From Octopus sinensis (taxonomy: Eukaryota): a stretch of DNA of 64,000 nucleotides. The notes beneath the pieces were generated by a model. The model worked only from the letters and a program-made list of their open reading frames with translations, ran no database searches and had not been told where the DNA came from. The stretch is taken from the NCBI RefSeq assembly GCF_006345805.1, contig NC_043004.1:93744001-93808000 (forward strand), in the 5' to 3' direction. Below are positions 37,571-50,877 of the stretch, one piece after another (within the stretch, counting starts at the first letter, position 1; each line of letters starts with the position of its first letter). A program made the position numbers and the translations under genes.

Positions 37571-37944
37571 GGAGGCGCAATGGCCCTGTGGATAGGGCAG
37601 CGGACTCGCGGTTTCGAATCCCAGACCGGGCGTTGTGAGTGTTTATTGAGCGAAAACACCTAAAAACTCCACGAGGCTCCGGCAGGGGATGGTGGTGATC
37701 CCTGCTGTACTCTTTCACCACAACTTTCTCTCACTCTTACTTCCTGTTTCTGTTGTACCTGTATTTCAAGGGGCCGGCCTTGTCACTCTCTGTGTCACGC
37801 TGAATATCCCCGAGAACTACTTTAAGGGTGCACGTGTCTGTGGAGTGCTCAGCCACTTACACGTTAATTTCACGAGCAGGCTGTACCGTTGATTCGGATC
37901 AACCGGAACCCTCATCGTCGTAACCGACGGAGTGCTTCCATCCC
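37571..37944 (+). mobile_element. tRNA-derived SINE family D with 14-bp TSD
   Basis: Head GGAGGCGCAATGGCCC...GGTTTCGAATCCC; TSD ACAATGGTATCTGT at 37557-37570 and 37945-37958. Confidence 0.92.
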
Positions 37945-38199
37945 ACAATGGTATCTGTAAGGGTTAAGTCAAAGTAAAAGATTTTTTATTACAATATGTG
38001 GAGACAAAAATACAGACTTTTAATATTTCTTTATTTAATTAACACTTAAAATGAATAGTTTCCATTATACACAAACTTTCCTAGAATGCACGTTTACTTC
38101 CACTACAGCAGGTTGGTCTCCCATATACGGGCTATCGACTGCAGATATCCTCTTAAATAACCTAAATTTAGCATTACACATTTTGCTAACAACGAAAGT

Positions 38200-38460
38200 G
38201 AATTCTGTTGTGTCTGGGGAGAGACATTCTCTTTTGGTGCCTTATAATTTAACACACTCACCGGTAAAATTTACACTTCTATCTTTTTTCTAAAATTTTC
38301 GTTGTGTCTTGCAACCTTTTTAATAGTCGTTGACGCCCCAGACACAACAGAATATGCTTCAACACACGAACTCACATAAAGAATCTTGCAAACCAAATCC
38401 AAAAAATGAAGCGAAAGTTTAGTTATCTCAATATTATTTTCATCTTAATAATACGTAAAG
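38200..38460. mobile_element. Palindromic MITE family member (internally deleted)
   Basis: Inverted ATTCTGTTGTGTCTGGGG / CCCCAGACACAACAGAAT; same family as 56530-56860. Confidence 0.75.
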
Positions 38461-38624
38461 ATACTAATCTAACAGGTTTTCATGTGAAACCTACCAAAAA
38501 TTACTTACAAAAGATATTTTTATCTTCTTCACTGCAATACCAAATAGATTTAGCTTGCTAAGCAAAGCTATACTATAATAAACTACTTATTAATTAGTCA
38601 GAGGTATATGACTTTTATTATAAT

Positions 38625-38979
38625 AAGCACCTTTTCGAACTCCACCCGTCTAACACCCGTAGACATATTTACAAAGTCAGAAAACAGCACAGCTCCCATG
38701 ACTTTAGGAAACATTTTTTCACGCTGAGAGTTGCTGAAGCATGGAACAAACTGCCGGCATCAGTTGTTAGTTGTCGGAGCACTGCATCCTTCAAAACTTC
38801 CATGCTTCCTGAGATTCGCCAACACTACACCTGATTTTCTCCCCTCCATACACACACAAGCATGTATCTGACTCATACATTGTTCACTTTCCAGACATTT
38901 GTACATTACTGCATATACTTTATACGCACTTTCTGACAAGTTGTGGTGCACCTGAGCACTGTATACAATAATTTCATTA
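38625..38979 (+). mobile_element. CR1-clade LINE 3' fragment
   Basis: SNTRRHIYKVRK...FRKHFFTLRVAEAWNKLPASVV....SFKTSM matches the CR1 ORF2 C-terminal pattern; 3' UTR ends in an ATT-type tail. Confidence 0.85.
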
Positions 38980-39164
38980 TCTATATATAAAACTCTAGTT
39001 GTGTGAGTGTCTGTCCCCTTCGATTTAGATTCCTAACTCCTCCCACATTTTGCGGTGCAGTTTAACCAAATTCGGGTATTTTATAGTCGTGATTCATATC
39101 GAGCCCGTCTGAGTATTAGTGCGGATCTACGATGAGTCTACGATTTTTAAAATAATTTAACATC
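38980..39164 (+). mobile_element. Helitron 5' part, truncated by the assembly gap
   Basis: A|TCTATATATAAAA start, matches 15806-15990; inserted at the CR1 tail. Confidence 0.85.
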
Positions 39165-39264
39165 NNNNNNNNNNNNNNNNNNNNNNNNNNNNNNNNNNNN
39201 NNNNNNNNNNNNNNNNNNNNNNNNNNNNNNNNNNNNNNNNNNNNNNNNNNNNNNNNNNNNNNNN
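39165..39264. other. Assembly gap (100 N)
   Basis: Run of N. Confidence 0.99.
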
Positions 39265-39598
39265 GACAGTGACCACTATGATACCTAATCCAAGAACAAT
39301 ATGCTTCGAACTACCCCTGTGTTTATATGAAAATGATAATAATGATAATAATTTCTGGCAAAAGGCCAGTAATTTTGAAGGGAGATTCGGGAAGTCATTT
39401 GCATCGATCCAAGTGCTCAACTGGTATTTATCTTATTATTTAATCGACCCCGAAATAATTTTTTTTACAATAGTCTCAAGGTCTGAAATTTGGTGGGAAG
39501 TGGGCTAGTCGATTTCATCGAGCCCTGTGCTTGAATGGTACTTATTTTATCAAACCCGAAAGGATGTTTGCCTTGCCTTAATATTTGACGTCCTGTTT

Positions 39599-39655
<57 letters not shown>

Positions 39656-39832
39656 AAAGAAAAAAAGCATGAATTTACTGATAGACCTAATCAGTTTAAT
39701 TTACTATTCATTATTATTTAATATAATTTAAACAGATTAGAACTACCAGTGAAGTCATTTGTTTCTGTTTTCAAATGTACCTAAACTGTAGCAAGGATCT
39801 CACCATTTTGCAATATATATATATATATATAT

Positions 39833-39885
<53 letters not shown>

Positions 39886-40460
39886 CTTTCATACATACAT
39901 ACGTACATACATACATGAAAGAACAGTCACTTCTGACGATACCATTCCAACATGGTTCAGCTTGATAGCTAAAAATAGTAAGAAGAGAACTAATGAAAAC
40001 AATATACACATATAGATATGTAATTGTACTCAAACATGAATTATGTACATTTCATAAGTAGTGTGTATGTATGTGTATGTGTGTGTGTATATATGTATGT
40101 GTGCGTTTGTGTGTATGAATGGGTGGATGGATGGTTCGATGGATGGATGGGTGGATTGATGGATGAACGTGCGGACGGATGCTGGCATTTTTTAATGGTT
40201 AAGAAGTTCGCTTCGCAAAAGCGTTGTCGCAAATTCGATCCCACTGCATGGAATCTTAGACAGGGGCCTTTTTTTTTTTACCTTAATCTACAGTCGAACC
40301 AAGCCTGGTGAGTGAAACTGGTCAAGTGGAAACAGTGTGAAAGCCTGTATAGTAAGTTATACCAATAATTCAAAAGTTCGGCTCTGTTGCATACTGTCAT
40401 GCTGACTCCGTCATAGAATTACATTAAAGAATGTATGCAACTACGGGATACCCTACCACG

Positions 40461-40735
40461 TCTTTTATATTTTCTTTTCTTTTTTTAGTTTCAGTCCGAG
40501 GACTGCGGCCAAGCTGGGGCACTGCCGTTTCCTTTGCAACACTTTCACTAAACCTCCTCTGATATGTGACATTTGGTGGATGAGGGAGTCTGACGTCACT
40601 GCCTTCAACTGAGTTTCTCGTCTTGAGGCAGGTTCATCAGGGACTCTTGATAGAAGGAGATCCCGTTTTGGTTTGAAAACGCTTACATCCATGCCGTGCG
40701 GGTCTCTCAGACGTTCACATTCCACAGTTCACATT
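40461..40735 (-). mobile_element. CR1-like LINE 3' fragment with a SINE-A-like tail
   Basis: DVSVFKPKRDLLLSRVPDEP...VTSDSLIHQM resembles the FKxxLDxxLxxVPDEP...SNSLxxQ C-terminus of invertebrate CR1-group ORF2; 3' end GGCAGTGCCCCAGCTTGGCCGCAGTCCTCGGACTGAAAC. Confidence 0.65.
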
Positions 40736-41143
40736 GATTGGAATTCTAAAGGTAGATTATTCAGTTGACCGAATAACTAGAATACTTGTCATCGAAATCG
40801 ACGGAGAAACCTTTACTTTAAGTATATGTGTGTGTGTATGAGTGTGTGTGAATGAGTGTGTCAGTGTATGTATGAGTGTGTGTGAATGAGTGTGTGAGTG
40901 TGTGTATGAGTGTGTGTGTGAGTGTGTGTGGACATACATTTACAGATTTATATATACGTACATACATATCCAAGGGCACATACACACAAATATACACTAA
41001 AGTACATCTTCTTCATTTTAGAGATACATGTATAGAAGCAAAGATGAACACTTACATATACACACACGCACTCACCCTCACACACATACTTCGATCCTTT
41101 TTACTATCTTAAAGTACTCAAAATCACATATGTACCGTACCTA

Positions 41144-41529
41144 TGGAAGCACTCCGTCGGCTACGACGACGAGGGTTCCGGTTGATCCGAATCAACGGAA
41201 CAGCCTGCTCGTGAAATTAACGTGTAAGTGGCTGAGCACTCCACAGACACGTGTACCCTTAACGTAGCTCTCGGGGATATTCAGCGTGACACAGAGAGTG
41301 ACAAGGCCGGCCCTTTGAAATACAGGTACAACAGAAACAGGAAGTAAGAGTGAGAGAAAGTTGTGGTGAAAGAGTACAGCAGGGATCACCACCATCCCCT
41401 GCCGGAGCCTCGTGGAGCTTTTAGGTGTTTTCGCTCAATAAACACTCAGAACGCCCGGTCTGGGAATCGAAACCGCGATCCTATGACCGCGAGTCCGCTG
41501 CCCTAACCACTGGGCCATTGCGCCTCCAC
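41144..41529 (-). mobile_element. SINE family D with 10-bp TSD
   Basis: Reverse complement of 37571-37944; TSD ACCGTACCTA at 41134-41143 and 41530-41539. Confidence 0.92.
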
Positions 41530-41869
41530 ACCGTACCTAAGAAGTACTATTTACTTTGTGTAATATATATGCCTAAGTCCGCGTGTAACGACAGCCTCTG
41601 CGTGCTCGAGCTTGCGCGGCATGTTAATAGTCTTCATTCAAAAACGAAGACTGTGAAATTAAAGACTCGAAAAGAGATTTTATCAAAGAACTTTTTTCAC
41701 CAAGATGTACACTGGTTATTCTTATTATTTTAAAATTTTAGATTTGTATTTTTCTATATTTAGCTGTGCAATTACTCTCTCCCTGAGCTACATATGTATA
41801 CCATAACTAGTTGCATATGTATGCATACGTATGTATACTTTTGTTTAATCTTTTTTTTTATTTGTTTCA

Positions 41870-43203
<1,334 letters not shown>

Positions 43204-43625
43204 GTAGAGATCCACATAGATTATCATTATCCAGTCAGCTTTCAGTATAGTGGTTAGTCGAACACTGTATTTAGCAGAATTGTCAGTTATGATACACAGA
43301 AAACAAGTTGTGAAAAATGACGGTAAACACGAGTATAAGTTACTAATAATTTACATGTGTGTTTGTCGTAATTTACCACTCTTTGTGTGTCAGTGTGTGT
43401 GTGTGTGTGTGGTTTCATGCATACCTGTTGAATCACTTGTCTGTTCGCGTGCCTGATCTCTATTTGTTTTACCTCTTTTTCTCTGTGTGCGCACAGACAC
43501 ACACATACATACATACATATATACGTCTATCTAATATCTTTATATCCTCTTCCCTACGTATATTTATGTACAAGTACATGCACTCAGATAGACATACATA
43601 CATACATACATACAGACAGACAGAC

Positions 43626-43699
<74 letters not shown>

Positions 43700-43702
<3 letters not shown>

Positions 43703-44025
43703 TGTTTCTTTATTAGCCACACAGGGCTGCACACAGACAGAACAAATTACAAGGTAGAGCGTTTCTTTTGGGTGTAAAAAAGAGGGGGTTGGTTTTCGAT
43801 CAAAAGGGATCGTAAAAGGAAAGAAAGAGGACAAAAAAAGGGGAGGATTTTTAAAAAAAGGTGGGGAGAGGGAAAAAAAAGAGGAAAAGAGGAGAGGGAA
43901 AAAAAAGTTGATCAATAGGGATCGTAATCACAGAAGTGTCAATATGAAGTGTAAAGGAGAGGACAGGTGAGGTTTACCCGTGGAAAGAAAAGCCTACGGA
44001 AAAGACCACGGTAACCTCGGTCAAC
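43700..44025 (-). mobile_element. Retroelement 3' fragment embedded in (GATA)n, copy 1
   Basis: Minus strand ends CTCTACCTTGTAATTTG...GGCTAATAAAGAAACATATCTATC; same text at 44055-44250 and 44875-45035. Confidence 0.7.
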
Positions 44026-44054
44026 CTCGACAGATAGATAGATAGATAGATAGA

Positions 44055-44250
44055 TATGTTTCTTTATTAGCCACACAGGGCTGCACACAGACGGGACAAA
44101 TTACAAGGTAGAGCTTTTCTTTTTGGGGATAAAAAAGGGGGTTTGGTTTTCGATCAAAAGGGATCGTAAAAGGAAAGAAAGAGGAAAGCAAAAAAGGTGG
44201 GGGAGGAATAAAAGGAAAAAGAAAAATCGATCAATAGGGATCGCTATCAG
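44055..44250 (-). mobile_element. Retroelement 3' fragment embedded in (GATA)n, copy 2
   Basis: Same 3' end, shorter 5' extent, (GATA)n on both sides. Confidence 0.7.
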
Positions 44251-44284
44251 ATAGATAGATGAATGGATAGACAGACAGACAGAG

Positions 44285-44315
<31 letters not shown>

Positions 44316-44320
44316 TAGAT

Positions 44321-44394
<74 letters not shown>

Positions 44395-44395
44395 T

Positions 44396-44430
<35 letters not shown>

Positions 44431-44714
44431 GCAGACAAACAGACAAACAAACATACATAGATCATTATACTACCGACAAATATACCTAATACAATTAATT
44501 TACTACCATTAGGCACAAAATAGCAATCCTGCCAACTGAAGTAAAAGGGTTAAAAATAGAGCGAGGTGCAATGAGGATCATTCGGTAAGAAACCCTATAT
44601 CACGTAGTTTACGGTAATGCAATAATACCGTGTCTATTACTATTTGTGTTAAAGCTGCCTGTATGTCCTCACGTAATATAATGCCTAATATCACGTCTTA
44701 AAACGTTGGGTGAG

Positions 44715-44754
<40 letters not shown>

Positions 44755-44874
44755 GATTAAGAGACACAGAGAGAGACAGATAGAGAGAAGGAGAGAGAGA
44801 CTATGTATGAAGACAAACAGTTTTCTGAAGAATATACATATCTATCTCTATATCTATCTATCTATCTATCTATT

Positions 44875-45033
44875 TTTCTTTAAATTTTATTCCCCCCTTT
44901 TTTGTCCTCTTTCTTTCCCTTTACGATCCCTTTTGATCGAAAACCAAACCCCCTTTTTTTACCCCCAAAAGAAAAGCTCTACCTTGTAATTTGTCCTGTC
45001 TGTGTACAGCCCTGTGTGGCTAATAAAGAAACA

Positions 45034-45035
<2 letters not shown>
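44875..45035 (+). mobile_element. Retroelement 3' fragment embedded in (TATC)n, copy 3
   Basis: Inverted relative to copies 1 and 2, (TATC)n on both sides. Confidence 0.7.
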
Positions 45036-45102
<67 letters not shown>

Positions 45103-45161
45103 GTCTGTCTATCTATCTATCTATCTATACGTGTGTGTGCGCATACTTCTACATACATATA

Positions 45162-45682
45162 CTGGGTTGTCCGGAAAGTTCGTGCCGATTTTTAAAGGAA
45201 AAAAAAAAGGTCAATAAATACTTGCCATTACATTTTTAATCAACCAAATATGAAGCATTTTGTTGCACAATGCGTCTCCATCTTTCCTTTAACTTGAAAA
45301 TACCCTCTTCCCAGAATTGAGGTGGCTTCTGAAATTTTTACCATTACGACTATTCTGCAGAGACCTGAATAAGTGGAAATCCGAAAGAGCAATATCTGGT
45401 GAATATGGAGGTTGGAGTAACACATCCCAGCCGAGCTGTAGCAATTTTTGTCTGGTTCCCAAAGCATCAAGTGCCGAAAATGAACTCTCTTATCTTCCAT
45501 TTTAAAGGGTTACAGAATTAACACAGGTTATAGGAACATAAATTTTCTTCCACGAAAAGATAGTTTAAGCTGTGCTCTAAATGAAGGTTTAGTTAAATCC
45601 TATTTTATGGACTCAACCATGTTCTAAAATAAGTCGAAATGTAAGTTTCTATAAATCGGCACGAACTTTCCGGACAACCCAA
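45162..45682 (-). mobile_element. mariner deletion derivative with near-perfect TIRs and TA TSD
   Basis: TA|CTGGGTTGTCCGGAAAGTTCGTGCCGATTT ... AAATCGGCACGAACTTTCCGGACAACCCAA|TA; internal MEDKRVHFRHLML fused to LGWDVLLQPPYSPDIALSDFHLFRSLQN. Confidence 0.92.
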
Positions 45683-45899
45683 TACATAGGGATGAGAATT
45701 TAGTATTTAACAAAGACTTTCTTTCACCTGAGGACGCGGCTTAAATTCTGCATTATTTAGAAGGACTTTTGCATCTTGCATTAATGCAGGCATGTAAATT
45801 ATTTGCATGTTTTTAAGTTATGAAACAATTTGTCGTAATATTAGAAGTTTCTTATTGTTAAATGAAATTACATCAGACTATTTCTCTGTCACTTATGAC

Positions 45900-45946
<47 letters not shown>

Positions 45947-46084
45947 CAGACTGAGTAAAAAGTAAGCAAGATTTTGAACTATGAAGAAATTGTACCGGAT
46001 TTTGCAGGGTTTTGAATTTGTTTTTAGACTTTCACAAATGCATCAATAAATTAACATTGGTATTTTATCACGGTTGTTACACAT

Positions 46085-46280
46085 TCCTATATTTAAGAGA
46101 TGATGAATTATGTACATTATTTACATCATTTATAATTGACGGATATTTGTCCTCCTATTGTTTGTTGTTAACACAGCCTTTCGGCTGATATAACCTCCAG
46201 CCTTCATCAGGTATCTTGGGGAAATTTCAAACCTGGGTTCTCATTCCTACAATCTTTTTATCTTGTTGCCTTTTTTATTG
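46085..46280 (-). mobile_element. Probable Penelope-like terminal-repeat fragment
   Basis: Carries the hammerhead-like motif below; family assignment rests on that motif and on recall. Confidence 0.45.
46170..46215 (-). ncRNA. Minimal hammerhead-ribozyme-like motif (degenerate)
   Basis: GAUAC-CUGAUGA-A-GGCUG-(10 nt loop)-CAGCC-GAAA-GG-CU-GUGUU: both core boxes, 5-bp helix II, 5-bp helix I with wobbles; helix III and cleavage triplet non-canonical. Confidence 0.55.
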
Positions 46281-47047
46281 ACCATCCGTGGGACAAAATG
46301 GCATAGCATATGTGGTGCACCTTGTCCACCAGCACTAGGTCCGGTATGTTATGCTCTAGCACGTAATCTGTTTGGATTGGGTAATCCCAGAGGATTTTGC
46401 TAGTCATCGACGCCACCACTCTCTACGGTTTGTGCGCTACTACTACTACAATTAAGGTAACGAGCTGGCAGAACCATTTAGCATACCTTTCGGGGTCGAT
46501 AGAACAAGCACCAATTGAGCACTGGGGTTGATGTAATTGACTGGCTCCCTTCAACAATTTCAGACCTGATGCTTATGGCAGACAGGATTATTATTTTCAT
46601 AAGCATTATTAGCACCGTTGTGTCTCTTAAGACTTGGGATTTGGGATTTACAGGGTCATATACCTGATAATAACACTTTTTGATTCCTTTTCAACCTTTT
46701 TTTTTTTAAACTGTAGTTAACTCGTTAAGTAATATTTTTTGTCATTTATTGCAGAATTCGAAAGCAAAAAGAAAGATGTGTCAGCCATCTCATCCGACCA
46801 CGACGCTTGTCAAAGAACTAAATACGAACGAAAAATTACCTAATAGGACTTAGATAAATCCATATCGAGTTTCTCACAGGATATCTTACACCCAGATTTT
46901 ATAGTATGTTGCCCCGTAATATTTCTGTCTAAACAATAGATTAAAATGTGTCCTTCACTTGTCAAAATGCCATTTCTCTGAAATACACCCACGCTCATTA
47001 GTATTATCATCCTGCCTACAACATGAAAGTATATAACCTAAATAATG

Positions 47048-47081
<34 letters not shown>

Positions 47082-47214
47082 TGTATGTATGTATGTATGT
47101 ATTTATGTATGTGTACTTTCTAGTCATAAGTGAGCAATTCCAACGATTGTGCAATCTAGCTTTAGTTATTCTGATTGTGGAATTGCTTCAGTCTGTAAGT
47201 TGATAGCTGTTTAG

Positions 47215-47245
<31 letters not shown>

Positions 47246-47607
47246 TGTATGTATGTATGTCCAGTCATATCCGTTCGAAGACACGTATATAAATACATAT
47301 ATATATACATGCATACGTATAAATGTTTACATACTTATAAACGTTAAATATAATTGTACGAAAGAACGAGGGAGCTTGTGGAAAACAAGAATGTTGAAAG
47401 TCGACTAACATAAAAAGAGAAGCTAATGTCAAAAATAGAGAAAATGGAACACAATAGCCTACAGGAGTGGGGAAAATTGTACAGAAGTTTGGAAAATTGC
47501 ACCGATCCTTTTAGTTTAGTTATAAGTGGAGGGACAGCGCTTATGACATTTTCATTTCTTCCCAGGCCAACGAGATTAGTGCGGTTGATGTTCAGCTGAA
47601 ACATTTA

Positions 47608-48003
47608 TACTCTTTTACCTGTTTCAGTCATTTGACTGCGACCATGCTGGAGTAACGCCTTTAGTCGAGCAAATTGACCCCAGGACTTATTCTTTGTAAG
47701 CCAAGTACTTATTCTATCGGTCTATTTTGCCGAAACGCTAAGTTATGGGGACGTAAACACACCAGCATCGGTTATCAAGTGATGTTGGGGGGACAAACAC
47801 AGACACACAAACAGATACACACACATACATATATATATATATACATATATACGATGGGCTTCTTTCGGTTTCTGTCTACCAAATCCACTCACAAGGCTTT
47901 GGTCGGCCCGAGGCTATAGTAGAAGACAGTTGCCCAAGGTGCCACGCAGTGGGACTGAACCCGGAACCATGTGGTTGGTAAGCAAGCTACTTACCACAGA
48001 GCC
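47608..48003 (-). mobile_element. SINE family A, head clipped
   Basis: Consensus match; stops at ...AGCC then unique AGAAAAAAC. Confidence 0.9.
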
Positions 48004-48836
48004 AGAAAAAACATTGTTGGAAAGGAACTTCTAGAATTGTCTAAACTCACGAAGGAAAGAATGAGTGGTGTGTTTATCGCGAAGTCTGATATGTGTGATA
48101 CAGTAAAGTTGACGGGAGTTAGAGAGGGCATGGATGGATGGACCGAGTACACTGAATTTTGCTAATTCAGGAGGGAGTAAAGCCTTTTTAAAAAAGAATA
48201 GAAAAGCCAAAATCTGTACGTCTCTTTTACTCTTTTACTTGTTTCAGTATTTGACTGCGGCCATGCTGGTGCACCGCCTTTAGTCGAGCAATTCGACCCT
48301 GGGACTTATTCTTTGTAAGCCCAGTACTTATTCTATCGGTATCTTTTGCCGAACCGCCAAAGGACGGGGACGTAAACACACCAGCATCGGTTGTCAAGCA
48401 ATGCTAGGGGGACAAACACAAACACACACACATACACATATATATATATATATATACATATATACGACAGGCTTCTTTCAGTTTCCGTCAACCAAATCCA
48501 CTCACAAGGCATTGGTCGGCCTGGGGCTGTAGCAGAAGACAGTTGCCCAAGATGCCACGCAGTGGGACTGAACCCGGAACCATGTGACTGGTAAGCAAGT
48601 TACTTACCACACAGCCAGAAAAAATATTGTTGGAAAAGAACTTCTAGAATTGTCTAAACTCACGAAGGAAAGAATGAGTGGTGTGTTTATCGCGAAGTCT
48701 GATATGTGTGATACAGTAAAGTTGACGGGAGTTGGAGAGGGCATGGATGGATGGACCGAGTACACTGAATTTTGCTAATTCAGGAGGGAGTAAAGCCTTT
48801 TTAAAAAAGAATAGAAAAGCCAAAATCCGTACGTCT
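48004..48836. repeat. Direct duplication of a 220-bp unique segment (48004-48222, 48617-48836) around a second SINE-A (48223-48616, minus)
   Basis: Unique segments differ at only a few positions; period 613 bp. Confidence 0.92.
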
Positions 48837-49206
48837 GTTCACGGATGCAGTTTTTTGGTATGTTAATCAATGTTAATTAATTTAATGGCCTTGTGTGGGG
48901 AGTGGTCTCGAGTGGCTGCGTTTGTAGCATTCATGAACGAACAGAACTTAAACATGCATGTTACACGATTTGACGTTGTTGCAAATGCTGTTGCTGTATG
49001 GCCTCATTTCAACTCTGACTGCGCAGAGCTATGAGGAAAAGTGGATCACCATCATCATCTAGGTATTTTTCCACCACATATCATATTTAAGACTACATTA
49101 TCTAATCTTCAAACCTTTCAACATAGTAGGGTGTAATTAGAAAGCTATTTGGCTGCTATTTCTAACTAAAAACAACGCAGCATATTGGCTCACATTATGT
49201 CTTAAT

Positions 49207-49593
49207 TCTTCTTTTACTTGTTTCACTCATTTTGACTGCATCCATGCTGGAGCACCGCCTTTAGTCGAGCAAATCGACCTCAGGACTTATTCTTCAGAAG
49301 CCAAATACTTATTCTATCGGTCTGTTTTGCCGAAACCGCTAGGTTACGGGGACGTAAACACACAAACATCGGTTATCAAGTGATGTTGGGGGACAAACAC
49401 AGATACACAGATAATATATATATACATATATATATATACGACGAGCTGCTTTCAGTTTCCACTCACAAAGCTTTGGTCGGCCCGAGGCTATAGTGGAAGA
49501 CATTTGCCCAAGCTGCCACGCAGTGGTACGGGACTGAACCCAGAACCATGTGGTTGGGAAGCAAGCTTCTTACCACACAGCCACACCTGCGCC
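49207..49593 (-). mobile_element. SINE family A
   Basis: Reverse-complement match with small indels. Confidence 0.88.
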
Positions 49594-49727
49594 TATATGA
49601 AAACTTTTTTGTCGTTATTTATCCTCGGGTTAGCTTTGATATATTAGAGAATTCATAAAAACCAACTTTCGTGCCGTATTTTTATTAATATTTATTTACA
49701 GATTTAGAGACAGACAGACAGATAGAC

Positions 49728-49781
<54 letters not shown>

Positions 49782-50460
49782 TATCTGAGACAAGACAGTC
49801 AGTCACCGGCTGACACTCGCTGACAATACATCGAAGAGGCCAGGGAACAGAAGAAAGAAGGCACGCACCCAACACCAGAAGCTGAAGACACCTCCGAAGG
49901 GGGGGGGGGCGCCACGTCAAAACGGTAGAGGAGTAGGGGCCGAAACCGGACGTGGTTCCTCCTGATGATGTCTTGAGCTAACTGGATCCTATAAAGGAGC
50001 TGTTGTGGTAGCAGACCAAGAAACACGGTTGAATTTCCTCCCTTATTTAAACTGTCCTCCCTTTTTGAAAAGAGAAGTATGTGATTTGATAACTTGTTTG
50101 CTATGTCTTAACGGTTAAATGACCCCGGAGGGGCTTAACTCATTAATTTATGAGGAGATTTGGTAATTAGCTCTCTTATATAATTTTAAAAAATCTTTCA
50201 GTTTATGTCATGATGCTAAGTGGGAGTATTTCATCAATAAATACGGAAACCTGGCAAAAATAGGTGAATGTACAAATTTCGCACAGTTTTTAGTTCGGTA
50301 TCTCTAAGTTTCTAAGTTCAAATTACACTGGGGTACTTTTTCTTTTCTTTTCCACTGATACTTAAACTGGTGGAAAAAGTATCAGAAATATATTACGGTC
50401 AATTCTACTTATATACCCAATTTGGTATACTACTACTTCAGCAATATATATCGTTATATA

Positions 50461-50877
50461 GGCGCAGGAGTGGCTGTGTGGTAAGTAGCTTGCTAACCAA
50501 CCACATGGTTCCGGGTTCAGTCCCACTGCGTGGCATCTTGGGCAAGTGTCTTCTGCTATAGCCCCGGGCCGACCAATGCCTTGTGAGTGGATTTGGTAGA
50601 CGGAAACTGAAAGAAGCCTGCCGTATATATGTATATATATATATAAGTGTGTGTGTATATGTTTGTGTGTCTGTGTTTGTCCCCCCACCATTGCTTGACA
50701 ACCGATGCTGGTATGTTTATGTCCCTGTCACCTAGCGGTTCGGCAAAAGAGACCGATAGAATAAGTACTGGGTTTACAAAGAATAAGTCCCGGGGTCGAT
50801 TTGCTCGACTAAAGGTGGTGCTCCAGCATGGCCGCAGTCAAATGACTGAAACAAATAAAAGAGAGTAAAAGAGAGTA
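50461..50877 (+). mobile_element. SINE family A, full length
   Basis: Consensus match head to tail. Confidence 0.92.

Noticed and set aside
40605-40650. Second CUGAUGA...GAAA pair on the minus strand
   Set aside because: The intervening 16 nt cannot form helix II, and the site lies in CR1 coding sequence.
46755-46903. Plus-strand exon-like segment (TTATTGCAG| ... |GTATGT)
   Set aside because: Stops in all three frames and no partner exons identified; insufficient support.
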